Positions 52,601-64,000 of a DNA stretch of 64,000 nucleotides are shown in pieces (position 1 is the stretch's first letter; every line of letters starts with the position of its first letter). The notes below the pieces were generated by a model. It had not been told where the DNA came from and did no database searches. It saw nothing but the letters and a program-made list of their open reading frames with translations. This DNA comes from Lama guanicoe (taxonomy: Eukaryota). Where the stretch lies: the NCBI GenBank assembly GCA_013239625.1, contig MU054323.1, positions 20,233,082-20,297,081 on the forward strand, given 5' to 3'. The translations under genes were made by a program, and so were the position numbers.

Positions 52601-52779
52601 TACATGATATTTTAAATAAGTAATCTGTTTAACTTTTTCCTAATTTTGTTACTTAAAAATAAATACTAAGTATATTGCTGTTAATTAAGTGTATCATGCA
52701 TTTTACTATTTCTGTTCTCAAATAATCTAGCAAGGTGGCATTTCTGGCTGATCTTTTCCATTTTGTTTGTTTTCTTTAG

Positions 52780-52968
52780 TTTCATGCTATGGATACGTTG
52801 TATAGGCACAGCTATGATCTGAGCAGCGCAATTAGTGTCTTAGTACCACTTGGGGGACCCGTTTTATGCAGAGATGAAATGGAAGAATGGTCGGCCTCTG
52901 AAGCTAGTTTATTTGAAGAGGCACTGGAAAAATATGGCAAAGATTTCAACGACATACGCCAAGACTTT
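52780..52968 (+). CDS. MTA3: MTA3 coding exon (probable exon 9), end of ELM2 and start of SANT
   Basis: ttctttag|TTTCATGCT...GACTTT|gtgagt; 189 nt; [63 protein letters not shown]. Confidence 0.98.
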
Positions 52969-54059
52969 GTGAGTAGAAAATTGTGAATTAAATAAAATGG
53001 GATGGGAATATTTTCTGTTTTAAAAATTTGTAAACCTTAGACTATTCATCTGCCAAGCCTGTGACTTAGTAATTTTTATCTGCTCAACATAGAATGAAGG
53101 CCAGTCTTGTGGAGGGAGAAATTGTCATTTGTCCTGAGAAGTAATTGTGAGTAAGACCCAGGGTCAGGAGGCCCTGAGTTCTTGCTGTAAACTTTGGCAG
53201 TATGAATTCATCCTCTTCACCTCTCTCTGAGGTCCAAGTTTAAAATATGTACAGCTTTTCTAACCATTTGCACTAAATATTTCTTACCTCTGCTTTTTAA
53301 GCTTGTTGCTCTCCTTTAGACCCTTCAGCATTTTTCTAGTTGTCTTACTAATCATTGAGCCTGAATTTGATACAGACCTCTAACATAGAAACCACCTGTA
53401 CCAAGCAGAGTAGGAGAATTTGCTTTATGGGTTTTGGATCTCTGACTCCTCTTAATGATATGCAGTATCTTGCATTTTAAATACCAGGTAATCTTGTCTA
53501 CTTTTATGTACTTCCTTTGTCTTTGTATTTATGGAATTGAACTCAATTAAGCTCTCAATCTCTTTGAAATGGGGAAATTTCTATTTGAGAAGTTCATAAA
53601 TAGCTTTCAATAGCAGTCATTCCTTTTTTTTTAAATTATGAAAATGCTTTTTAAATATGAAGTATTTAATGTAAGCTAATCTCCTGCCTTTTATGTTGCT
53701 GTACCTTCTTTGAATTATTTCTGAAGGAAAATTGTTACTTACCGATAGAGGTTGATCAATTAAATCTCAAACATGATAATTAAAGCTGTTAGTGTTACTA
53801 GCATTTGTTCTGGCAAAACTTCACTCGTTACCCAGATTGTTATATGTCATGGTTTCAGTTTATAGGATGTGCAGCTGAGAATTTAAAATGCATTCGTGGC
53901 ATTTAGCTTCAGATGGTCAGAATAAGACACCAGTGCAATGTTATTAATATAATATAGTTACACCACTAAATAGAAACTGCAGAAACAAAACGCTGGAGTG
54001 AAACTGCTTTTCCCTGCACTGTCAGACATGTTTATTTTATGTCCTAGTAATCATTCTGA

Positions 54060-54270
54060 ACTCAGTTCAACTCATCAGTTGTTTACTGAGTATCTGCAAC
54101 ATACCAGGCCCTCAGGTACACACTAGACATGCAACAGAAGCTGAATGTGGTCCTTCTTCAAGAAATGGTTTCATAGTCAAGATCAAGAGAGAGAAAGATA
54201 TGCCCTCAAGTGAAATATAATGTAATCATTTCTATTGGTAGGAAGAACAAGTATTATGGGAGTAGTGGGA
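54060..54270 (+). mobile_element. L2 3' fragment
   Basis: 'ttcaactcatcagttgtttactgagtatctgcaacataccaggccct' is typical of an L2 terminus; orientation uncertain. Confidence 0.55.
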
Positions 54271-54799
54271 AGGAAACTGTTAGTTTTGCCTGTCAACTCA
54301 GGAGTGGATTCATGGAGTTAACTGGCATTTCAGCTGGACCTCTGGGGTGTAAAGGGAGAAAACAGCAGATTGACATCTATACACTAGCTATGAAACTTGT
54401 AGACAGCACTCCTGGGCACTTAATACAGGACTAGGAAGTAACTCTGAAAGTAGCTTGGTGCAGTGTTCTTAGACATAGAGGTGGGCATTGATAGGAGATA
54501 AATAACTGTGTGAAAATTAATATAGCAGCAATAATGCCTTCATGGTCTAACAGAATTCTTGTAAATTTGTGGCATGATGTATATTAGTTTTTCTGAAGTG
54601 GTTAAAATGCTTGTCAGTGAGCTAATCCACATGAGATTTGTTGTATTTTGGAGACTGGAATTGGCCACCAGTGTCAAAAACCTTAAAGAAGGTAGAACAT
54701 CACGAGCCTGGCTGTTCAAAGAGTTTGTGTTTTGTGTAGTTTGTGGTGTTTTTAAACTTATTATCTCTCCCCTCCACCACCCTGTACTTGTAAAGTAAT

Positions 54800-56495
54800 A
54801 CTAAAATCTACAGACCATGTATGACAAGCCTACGGCTAATACCATACTCACTGGTGAAAAGCAGGTATATGAAAAAGTGTTCAGCATCACTAGTCATCAG
54901 GGAAATACAAATCAAAATCACAGTGTGATATTGTCTCATACCTGTTGGCTTGACTATTATTTTAAAATAGAGAGAGAGAAAGATAACATGTTGGTGAGGA
55001 TATAGAGAAGAATTGGCATTAATTCTTCTTTAAATGTTTGGTGAAGCCATCTAGTCCTGAGCTTTTCTTGGTTGGAAGGTTTTTGATTCAGTCTCCTGAC
55101 TAGTTATAGGTCATTCACATTTTCTGTTTCTCCAGGATTCAGGTTGTATGTTTCTAGGAATTTATCCATTTTTTTCCTAGATTATCCAATTTGTTTATGT
55201 GTAATTGTTCATAGCAGTCTTTTATGATCCTTTATATTTCTGTGGTCTCATTTGTAACGTCTCCTCTTTCACTTCTTATTTTATTTTGGTCTTCTCTCTT
55301 CTTAGTTTACCTAATGGTTTGTCAATTTTGTTTCTCTTTTCAAAAAATCAACTCTTAGTTCATAGATCTTTTCTATTGGTTTTCTCGTTTCTACTTCTTT
55401 ATTTCTTCTTTGATCTTTATTGTTTCCTTCCTTCTGCTAATTGGAATCACTCTTTTCATTTTTCCCTCCTCTGACTGGGTAATTTCTAATGACCTGTCTT
55501 TGAGTTCACAGATATTTCTGCTTGATCAAGTCTGTTGTTGATGTCCTGTATTGTATTTTTCATTAGATTCATTATATCCTTCAGCTTTAGAGTTTGGGTT
55601 TTTTAAAAATGATTTCTCTGTCTGTTGAACTTGTTTGTATGCTGTTTTTCTGATTTTGTTGACTTCTCTATCCATATTTTCTTGCAGCTCACTCAGCTTT
55701 CTTAAAATAATTCTTCTGAATTCTTTGTGAGGCAAATCCTAGATCTCTATTTCTTTAGGATCAGTTCCTGGAAAGTTACTATGTTCCTGTGAGGGTGTCA
55801 TGTTTTCTTAATTTTTCATGTTTCTCATAGCCTTTTGTTAATTCTGTCCATTTGATTGAGCAGTCATCTGCAGGTAGGTGCAAGGGTACCAGGTGAGTGA
55901 GGTGTGATGATGGTTCTAGCCCCTAGGGAGGCCCATTGGCATAGCGCACATTCAGCTTTATCAGCTGAGGTCAGTGTTGGTGAAGATTGCAGGGGTCCTC
56001 AGCAACCAAGGCTGTGTGTGTCTACAGTAACACTGAGGGCTGTTGGGGTCTTCAGTGGCAAAGGTTGCTGCAGACCTCCTGAACTCCCACAAGGTATGTC
56101 TTGGGCAAAAGGATCCCTCTTGGTGCTGGATGTGGCTTTGGAGTGCCCTCATGGTAGCAAGTAGTGCCTGAGATGTGAACATGCTCGGATGTGTCCCAGA
56201 GCCAGGAGTGGAATATGTGTGCTCACAGGCCTGGGGCTTAGTTTGCTGGCTAGCCCACAGTGTCAGTGGCTCTGGTTCCTGCGATGTGAGCACACGTGCA
56301 GCTCTGGGGTCTGGAGTGTGCATGGAGTGGGAGCTGAGGGCTGGCAGCCCTGTCCTGGGATGCGGACACAGCAGCATCTCCCTCTCCAGGAGGCCAGTAG
56401 CAGCAGTGGCTCTGAATTACCTCGGGGGCAGAAGCTGCCAGTTCCCTCTGCAGAGCAGGCTGCTGAGATCCACGCCACAGAGTCCCCTGCTGTGA
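54800..56495. mobile_element. Rearranged L1: + strand ORF2 pieces (54800-55008) abutting - strand ORF2, ORF1 and 5' UTR pieces (55009-56495)
   Basis: YDKPTANTILTGEK (ORF2 RT region) on +; PHKEFRRIILRKLSELQENMDREVNKIRKT (ORF1 N-terminal coiled coil) on -; GC-rich 5' UTR-like segment at 55860-56495. Confidence 0.8.
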
Positions 56496-56630
56496 GAATT
56501 CTGTAAATACGATAGCATATTTTTCTCACATTCATATTTTATGCTTATTATCACTATTTAAATTCTCCTTCTATTTTGCCTTTTCAACTAGAGCCTTTGT
56601 TATATTAATATAACATTGTGTTAATATAGT

Positions 56631-57190
56631 CTGTAGCTGGCCAGATTTGGATTTCCTTGTTGTTCTGGTTACCTTCAATACACCGCTGTGTTGGAAGGCC
56701 TACTATTTCATGTACTCATACATCTTTGAACCTCACAGGGCCCCAGAAGCTTAACTGAGTTTCTCCATTCTTGCCAGATATGCCCCTCACCTAGCAGAAA
56801 ACCCACCCGACCTGGTTACTTCATCTAGCACCCTACCCAGTCTTCAACCTAATGAGTTTCACTACCCTGCCAGCATGCAGAGTTATTGAAACAAGCCAAT
56901 CACATCCTGCTGTGGGGACTTTCTTCCAGAATGAGGGCACAGCTCTCCTCGTTACACAAAGCCTCACTTCCACTGCCCCTGCCGGCTCACTTTTCTCAAC
57001 TGCAATTCCCGTGCAGCCTTACATGGTGTGCAGTGTCCTCTTCTCCTGGACTGCAAGTATATGTGACTAATAAGCTGCTGTCAGCCTCATCTGTTTTGTC
57101 TCCAGTGTCGTATGTTGTATGTCTAGCCATCCTGCACTGTTTTGAAGGGCGGGTCCTTCCCTCACTGAAGGGGTGAACAGACTTCTAAGT
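56631..57190 (+). mobile_element. MER54/MER74-like ERVL solo LTR
   Basis: TG start; 'aaacaagccaatcacatcc', 'tatgtgactaataagctgctgtc..ctcatctg', 'agggcgggtccttccctcac..ggggtgaa'. Confidence 0.65.
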
Positions 57191-57849
57191 CTTATGCTTA
57201 ATGTGGGACTCGGATAGCAGAGGGGTTTTTCAGTGTTCCCCTACCATCCTCAGCAGGCCTTGCACTACAGAGCCTCTCCCCACATTTTTGCCCTTCCCCT
57301 AGTGGTAGAATGGTGTTGCAGGTTCATGGTGTGAGGGCACAGGGGGTTTCTTAGTTGTGCTGTTTTAGCCCAGTCTTGGGCAGGCTTTGTGTGCCTGAGT
57401 CTCAGGGCTGGAGCTCCCACAGCATTTCTGCTCTTCCTCCAGCTGTCTTGTGGCAGCCAGTCTCTGTCTTGTGTAGCCTTTTATTCGCAGGGGTTCTTGG
57501 ATGTGAGCTAATTTCCAGTCCCCCTCCGTTGACCACTGCACTTTGCCTGGGACTTGGGGTGAGATGGTTTCTAGTCCCTTTCAGATGGCAGACACTTTTG
57601 CTTCATATGAAAGGAGGATGTAAGAGAAGGATCTGGGAAGCAAGGGGTTTTCGGCCTGGTCCCCCTGTGGTAGCTGATCACCATTGTGCACACCCACATC
57701 ACCACCAGTGGGCACTTTCTTAGTTCTCTTGCCCTGTCCAAGTTCTTCCTGCTGGACACCTGATGGAGGAAAGGGAGTGTGGCAGTTTCCTTGTGCACTG
57801 CTTTATATAGCTTCATCTGACAGAGTATAATAAGTTTTGTTTTCATTCC

Positions 57850-59075
57850 TTCAGAGTATTTTTTTCATTTTTACCTATGATTTCTTTTTTGACCCATGGA
57901 TTATTTAGAAGTAAGTTTCCCATATTTGTGGGTTTCCCCCATATATTTTTCTGTTATGACTTCCAGGTTAATTCTGCTGTATTTAGAAAACGTAACCCCA
58001 AAGCCACAAATTTTACATTTTAGAGATTTGATTGATTTTGACCCAGTATATGGTTTATTATGGTGAATGCACCGTGTGTTCTTGAAAGAATAGATATTTT
58101 GCTGTTAGGTAGGATGTCCTGTAAATGTTCCTTAGGTCAAGTTTACCCATAGTGTTCAAGTCTTCTGGAGCCTTACTGATTTTTCTGGCCACTTGTTATA
58201 TTACTTGTTGAAAGAGCGATGTAATAGAAGTCTCTACCTATAATTGTGGATTTTTCTATTTTTCTTTTCAATTGTATTAGGTTTTTGCTTTAAATATGTT
58301 GAATCTCTGTTATTAGTTACATACACATTTAAGATTGTTAACGTTTCATATGAATTGACCCTTTTTTCTTTACATCATGTTTCTGTATCCCTGCTAATAT
58401 GCCTTGTGGTGAAGTCTACTTTTTCTCCTACTAATTCCCACTCCAGATTTATTTTGTTTCCAGGTATTTCTTGTTTCCATCCTTTTACTTTTATTTATGT
58501 CCAGAGTGGGCTTTTTGTAAACAGGGTACAGTTAGATTATTATTTTTTTTAACCAATCTGACCATCTCTGCCTTTTATGAGGAGTGTTTAGACCACTTAC
58601 CTTTAATATAACTACCAGTAATATAATAATTATCAGTTTAAATCCACCATCTTATGCGAATTTTCCATTTATCCCACTGTTCTTTGTTCTTTCTCCTTTT
58701 TTTCTTTCTTTATGATTCCCATTTCACCTCTACTAGTGGTTTATTAAACTTTTTTGAAAAGACAGGTTTACTGCACGTATCTTTAACATACCATATTCTA
58801 CCTTTGAGTCAAATACTGCTTAAATCACATAGATTATAAGAACCATGACAGTACACTTTTAGCTCCTCCTTCCCATTCTTGTGCTTTCATTGTCATATAT
58901 TTTATTTCTGCCCATGTTCTAAATCCCACAGTACATTATCACTATTTCTTGCTTTAGATAATCAGTAATCTTTTAAACAGATCCCCCCAATATTTATTTA
59001 TTTATTGTTATTAATTTTTAAAAAATTTACCCTTTTTGCCCCCTCTTCATTTCTTTGTGTAGATTCACATTTTCA
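57850..59075 (-). mobile_element. Old L1 relic (endonuclease region and upstream)
   Basis: 'gtgttcttgaaagaatagatattttgctgtt..ttaggtcaagtt..ccttactgatttt..tataattgtggatttt'. Confidence 0.7.
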
Positions 59076-59599
59076 TCACCACTAATGGATTCCTCAGGTT
59101 TCTTGCTCTGGTCCATTTCTTTCTGATGAACACCTGATAGAGATCTATGGCAAATAGATTTGGATTCCCCTTGTGTCTAGAGCTTCCATGGATGCTAAAC
59201 AGTTGTCCTAGCCCACTGTTGACCTTTAATAAAATTTAGTAAATTTTGTTGCTGTTCTTACCTTCATTTTTATTGGTCATCTGTTTCTTTTATGCTTTGC
59301 CAAAGTAAAAATAATTTGAGTCCTGTCTCTCCTCAGGGTGACTTGGGAATTTAGTGCAGTTTATTGTCTTGTAATTTTAGCTCTCTGATAGAGTAAAGTA
59401 TTGGTATAGTTTTGCAAAACATCTGATTTTTTCTCATTGTTAGGGTGGGAAAGACATTCTCTTGTGGATTTCTACATCCTAAGCAGGACCTGACATATGC
59501 AGAGGAATCTGGAAAATTCAAAGTGCAAATTGGCGAAGTCCTCTCTACATACAATGAAGTCCTTCGCCATAGAAACTCCTTTCAGCAAAGGGTATTTCC

Positions 59600-62500
59600 T
59601 ACCTGTTATGTCATTTAGGCTTCAGTTGCAGGTAACAAAATTATAGGAGCTGTTTTGAACAGAATGGAATTAAATTCAGAAAATTAGGTGCTTAAAGCCA
59701 TTGGTAGGGTTGGAGAAGTAGGCTCAGGCTGGACCTCAGAACAGTCCCGCAGAAGTGGTTCCACAGATGATTACCTTTGCCCCATATGGAAACTAAAAAG
59801 CTCCTGGGTTAACTTCTGCTCCAGGATCACCCTTCTTTAACCATGATTTTGAGATCAGGAGACCTCTAGCAGAGCCGTTGACTCTAGAAAGATTTACACC
59901 TCCTACTTCTGCTGCAGCAAAATGAATCCCTTGTGCACCATCTGCTCTATCCCTGCTTAATCACTTGTGAATTTTGGTCTTATTCACACACGTCTGATTG
60001 GCAGAAATAAATCACAGAGGAGTCTTGGGGAGGTAAAACGTTTAGATTTCTAGCCTTTGTGGTATAAGAAAGTGAACTAGAAGGAAGTCAAAAAGGATAC
60101 TGAGCAAGTCATAGAGACAACAGAATCCATTTGAGTAAGCTAGTTGCAGGAGAAAGAAATTGTTTAAAGGGGTATTAGAAGGCCAACAGAGCTCCAGGAA
60201 GGCCAGGGATCCACGTTTTAATGCTTCACATCCAGAATTTGTGAAGCCAAGAGCAGTATCTAACCAGCAACGGCATCTCTGTCAGCAGGAACCCCACACA
60301 GCATCTGCTGCCTCTGCCTCCAGTCTTGCGTGACTCTGTTCTACCTTGACACTGTCAGTAAGTGCCACGTATCTGGGATCTAGTCTTAGAACACTCCACT
60401 TGTTACCAGTTTTTGTATTAGAGTGCTTTTGATTATAAGTGAGAAAAACTTAACCTCATATAGTTTAGAATAATGAATAGATGGTTTGGTTATATTAGTC
60501 AGGGTTCTTAGTTGCTAAGTACCAAATTCACTATATCTAATTTAAGCCAAAAAGCATATGGGATATTAGGTTCTCATAAAATCTTTGGGAAGACTAGAGA
60601 ACCAGGTTTGGATGCTACACTTCCAGAAACAGTGGATAACCCTGTGCTCTCTGCTGCTTGGAATCCATGATGTCAAACATGGAGGTAGAAAGATCAACAC
60701 AGATGCCCCAGAAAAGTATGGTATCTCAGCTCTGTTCTTGCCAAACTATCCAGTCTCCCCTCATGCAGCCTTATCTGCATGTTGCTCACTTATATCTAAA
60801 TGTCACTCGTGTTTGTCAGCTTGGTTAAATCTGGCCCATTAGTCCAGATCCTTGTTCAGGAGTATCTGGGGAAAAGTGAAGGTCAGCTAGAAGTGGGTTG
60901 GAAATGGATATACAGTTTCTGCCACCACTTGCTTCTTTGACTGCTTAGCATCCATCCTTGCCTTCTGTAATGCTTCTTTTCCATACATCAACTTTTGAAC
61001 AATAGTAATTATCCTTGAATCATTCGAATATATGGTACTGTTTCCTCCGATGGGGAGGCTTGATATCACAACATCCGTCTCTGGTTGATGCTTTTTCCTC
61101 CTCTGGTTTTAGTCATAACCCTGTCTTTATAGCTTGTACTTTCTGCATTAAGTTATAAAGGTAAGAAAACCACCACCAACAGACCTTATATGAAAATAGA
61201 AAGGGAATTGGGTACAGGAGGTAAATAATTACACTGGGCAAGGAAAGGAATAAAGATAGCTCCTTTAATTTTCCTTTCTCCATTTGCAGAACTCTTCTGA
61301 GGCCTTTGCTGTCATTCAAAATAGGACCCCTACCTGCCTTTCCCTTGGTATCTTGGTTGACCAGAGTTCTAGTGGGGTGACCTAAACCTTCATTTCTGAG
61401 GTTCTGAGCTCTGGGTTAGGAGCCATGTTCTGTGGCAATAAGTCTGTGTGTGGTATTGCAGAAAAGGCATATCATATCTAGAACAATTGTGTATTCAATG
61501 AGAACAGATAGCTGTTATTCCAGGATGCTGAGTCTAATTGAACTGACATGTTACCAGGAATATGCCATGTTGGAGGCCCAGTGTCTGTGTTCCTTGCAGA
61601 TTAGATACTTAGAGTAATCAGATCAGATTTGCTAAGAGGACATCCATGTGGTGACATAAATGTATAAACTGTCTCCTTACTTCTGTGTCCATTTTGTATA
61701 GGTGTCCTTTGAGCAATCTTTGAGTGGCTAGGGAAAGAGGCTGACTGATAGCCATGAAGGAGACCAGCTTATCCAGCCGATGAACGAGAAACCTCCTCTA
61801 CAGAGGAGGCTTTGTGAGCGTGGGGGCTCAGATATCCTCACGCTCAGGCCCACCCTCAGATGTCTGTCCCACAAACCTCTTTTCTAAACCTCATTGTTAC
61901 AAGTCCTCTGATTCCTTTCAACTCCCCAATCATTGTGACAAGTAAATAACCATCGTCCACGGATGGGCATGGATTAGCACCTCTCCTGCAACTCAAAGTA
62001 GAAAAGCAGATGTCCACTCAAACGTTCTGGCTTCCAGGAGGCTCTTCCTTCTTCACTGTGCTTCAGAATCACTCCTGCTCTGGGCTGAAATGCTGCAGCA
62101 GTATAATAACCATGGAGAGCCATCTGCCACATTCAGAGTTTTTCCTCCGCAATTGACATGTCTATGGAACTTCCATGAGACCAGACTGAGGGCTGAGGGA
62201 GAAATGCCACTGCCTCAGGAGTAGAGACACTGAACCATGCCCCGTACTCCTCCTGGATGAGGAAGAGTGGTGGTCTGAGTACAGCTGAAGAGGATTTTGT
62301 GGCTTAGATGAAATCTGGCTCATGGGAGGCTCAGGTTACACCATTGCTTGGTTTTCTTTTCTCAGGCTTCCAGGTAAATTGCGTGTCACACAAAGAAGAA
62401 TAGTTAGGAGATAAAGAGGTCTTAGCTTGCTTAAAACCCTAGGAGGCTGTTTTTAACTGTCCTGTGAGGTTTTGCTGCGGTTGGCTCCTTTCACCATCCC

Positions 62501-62800
62501 TCACTTTCAGCTCCATTAGATTGCTTGTTAAATTGGAGAAAATTGTATTTGCTTTAACTGCAATCCAAATACCAGCTGTGACAATCTGTTCCTGTAAGGA
62601 GACCACATTAGTTGAAGTTGCCACCCAATTAAGCTTAAAATAATTGCCTTTTTCTAAACTCCATTTATTTTCTCTTCAGGCCAACCAGGTGAGTTAAATG
62701 CAGAGGTGATAGGAATGGCATAGATGCTGTCCTTGAGGGTCACAAAGAGACCCCCAGCTGCGCCACGGTCTGGGAAGTACTGCTTTAACTCTCTAACCCC
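59600..62800. mobile_element. Cluster of ancient MLT1/MaLR-like LTRs and probable internal sequence
   Basis: Repeated LTR-like starts, e.g. 'tatattagtcagggttcttagttgc' and 'tgtattagagtgcttttgattataagtgagaaaaact'; boundaries uncertain. Confidence 0.45.
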
Positions 62801-63565
62801 AGTGGTACATTAGGGCAAGCTAGATGGGAGGCAGAGTGCGAGTCATCTACCCATAAAATCTGCCACAGCAGCTAAAACTGAATGTCACCAGTCATTTTGT
62901 TTGAAGTTTTGATCTGCCCTGATTTGCATCTTGGATGACTAACAGATCTCCTGTTGCAGGGGAACATACTGAATATATTCTTTATTTGTGGGTCTCATAT
63001 GTAGAGACTCATTTGTCCATTTTTGAATAATTATGGCAAACAGCAAAGGCAGGCTTCCTATTTTTCTAATATGAACTACACCCGGCTATGTTCTTTTTCA
63101 GAGATTTAGGTTTTCATTTTATTTACAACAAAATAGGTCTAAATAGAGCAGTTTTGAAAAGGATGAGAAATATGCCAGAGACCAAATGACATCTAGTTGT
63201 AGGTGGCATCTTTGCAAGTTAAAGAACTCAGGCCCAATCTATTTAAATATCATTTCTAAAAGTTGTACTTTAACCCCACCTATACTCTGAGAAAAACTTT
63301 TCTGAGTAACTCATGAAATATTATCAGTCATAAGGCTTATTGTTTTTAACAAAATGGAGTTGAGAGAGATGGAATGTGTTGTCTCTAGCTGAGTAGAACT
63401 TGTTTGGGGACCATTTACTAAGAAGTAATTTCAGTTTTCTCAAACATTTCTTTCAGAACGCATCTTCCATGTGGATATTTGCCTCATTATTGTAAAGAAG
63501 TGATTTTAAAGGAAAACAGTTTCTACAGTAGCTTGTTTTCATTATCATGTTAAATATTTTTTCAG

Positions 63566-63640
63566 CTCCCTTGGAAATCGTTGACTAGCATCATTGAATA
63601 TTATTACATGTGGAAAACTACTGACAGATACGTGCAGCAG
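63566..63640 (+). CDS. MTA3: MTA3 coding exon (probable exon 10), SANT
   Basis: ttttcag|CTCCCTTGG...CAGCAG|gtgagt; 75 nt; [25 protein letters not shown]. Confidence 0.97.
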
Positions 63641-64000
63641 GTGAGTTTTTCATATTGCTACCAACACAATTACATTGAAGTGAACTTTCTATTTTGTGTT
63701 AATATTTCTTAGCTATATACTTAATTTTAAATTTGTTTGCTTTATCCTTTCTAGACCATTTTAAACTACATGATTTCATATCTTTATTATTTTGAGATTT
63801 TAGTCTTAATATTTTCTTCAGAGTCCATTATGATAAATATTTTGAAAAGATGGCAGGGAAGGGTACCACTAGAGAGGTACTGTTTTCCTTGCAGGTGCCT
63901 GGTCCTTTATCTCTTTGTGAGTATTCTTGACGGGAATGACTTGAGATGTGTAAAAGAGCCTCTGAAACCTCCTCATGTGTGATATTTGTACACCCCTAAG

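Larger units (their letters stand above)
1..64000 (+). other. MTA3: Internal portion of the MTA3 gene (introns plus probable exons 4-10); start and end of the gene lie outside the window
   Basis: Seven exons with AG/GT boundaries and compatible phases (127, 64, 118, 103, 100, 189, 75 nt) join into [259 protein letters not shown], which I recognise as MTA3 rather than MTA1 or MTA2. Confidence 0.97.

Noticed and set aside
52789..52986. 65-aa ORF MDTLYRH...DFVSRKL as a short isoform
   Set aside because: Internal Met of the 189-nt exon read through a good GTGAGT donor; no promoter or poly-A support.
55904..56535. Five overlapping 86-138 aa ORFs on both strands
   Set aside because: GC-rich L1 5' UTR-like sequence is depleted of stop codons; no recognisable protein.
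1..64000. Most short ORFs in the six-frame track, and prokaryotic-type systems (operons, CRISPR arrays)
   Set aside because: The DNA is mammalian intron. The ORFs are low-complexity chance frames or L1/LTR relics, and I saw no regularly spaced repeat-spacer array.

Overview
AT-rich mammalian genomic DNA lying entirely inside one + strand gene, MTA3 (metastasis-associated protein 3, a NuRD complex subunit). Seven GT-AG coding exons (5950-6076, 25968-26031, 28218-28335, 37598-37700, 40395-40494, 52780-52968, 63566-63640; 776 nt in total) splice into one open frame. They encode the C-terminal part of the BAH domain, ELM2 and most of SANT, about residues 64-322 and probably exons 4-10. The introns are mostly transposon relics: L1, tRNA-Ala-derived SINEs that suggest a camelid genome, Tigger2, Charlie1, MER20, MLT/ERVL LTRs, MIR and L2. 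They also hold an antisense SERF2 processed pseudogene and an antisense 5S rRNA pseudogene. I see no new multi-gene system. The most unusual structure is at 28963-29137. One perfect 16-bp TSD pair encloses a full SINE fused to a 54-nt inverted copy of MTA3 intron sequence from 4.9 kb upstream, consistent with a template switch involving the host pre-mRNA. The resulting inverted repeat brackets exons 5-6. A second local templated duplication (143 bp, 38389 to 40087) is also present. Repeat family names and orthologue comparisons come from memory of consensus sequences, not from a database search, and repeat boundaries without a TSD are approximate.
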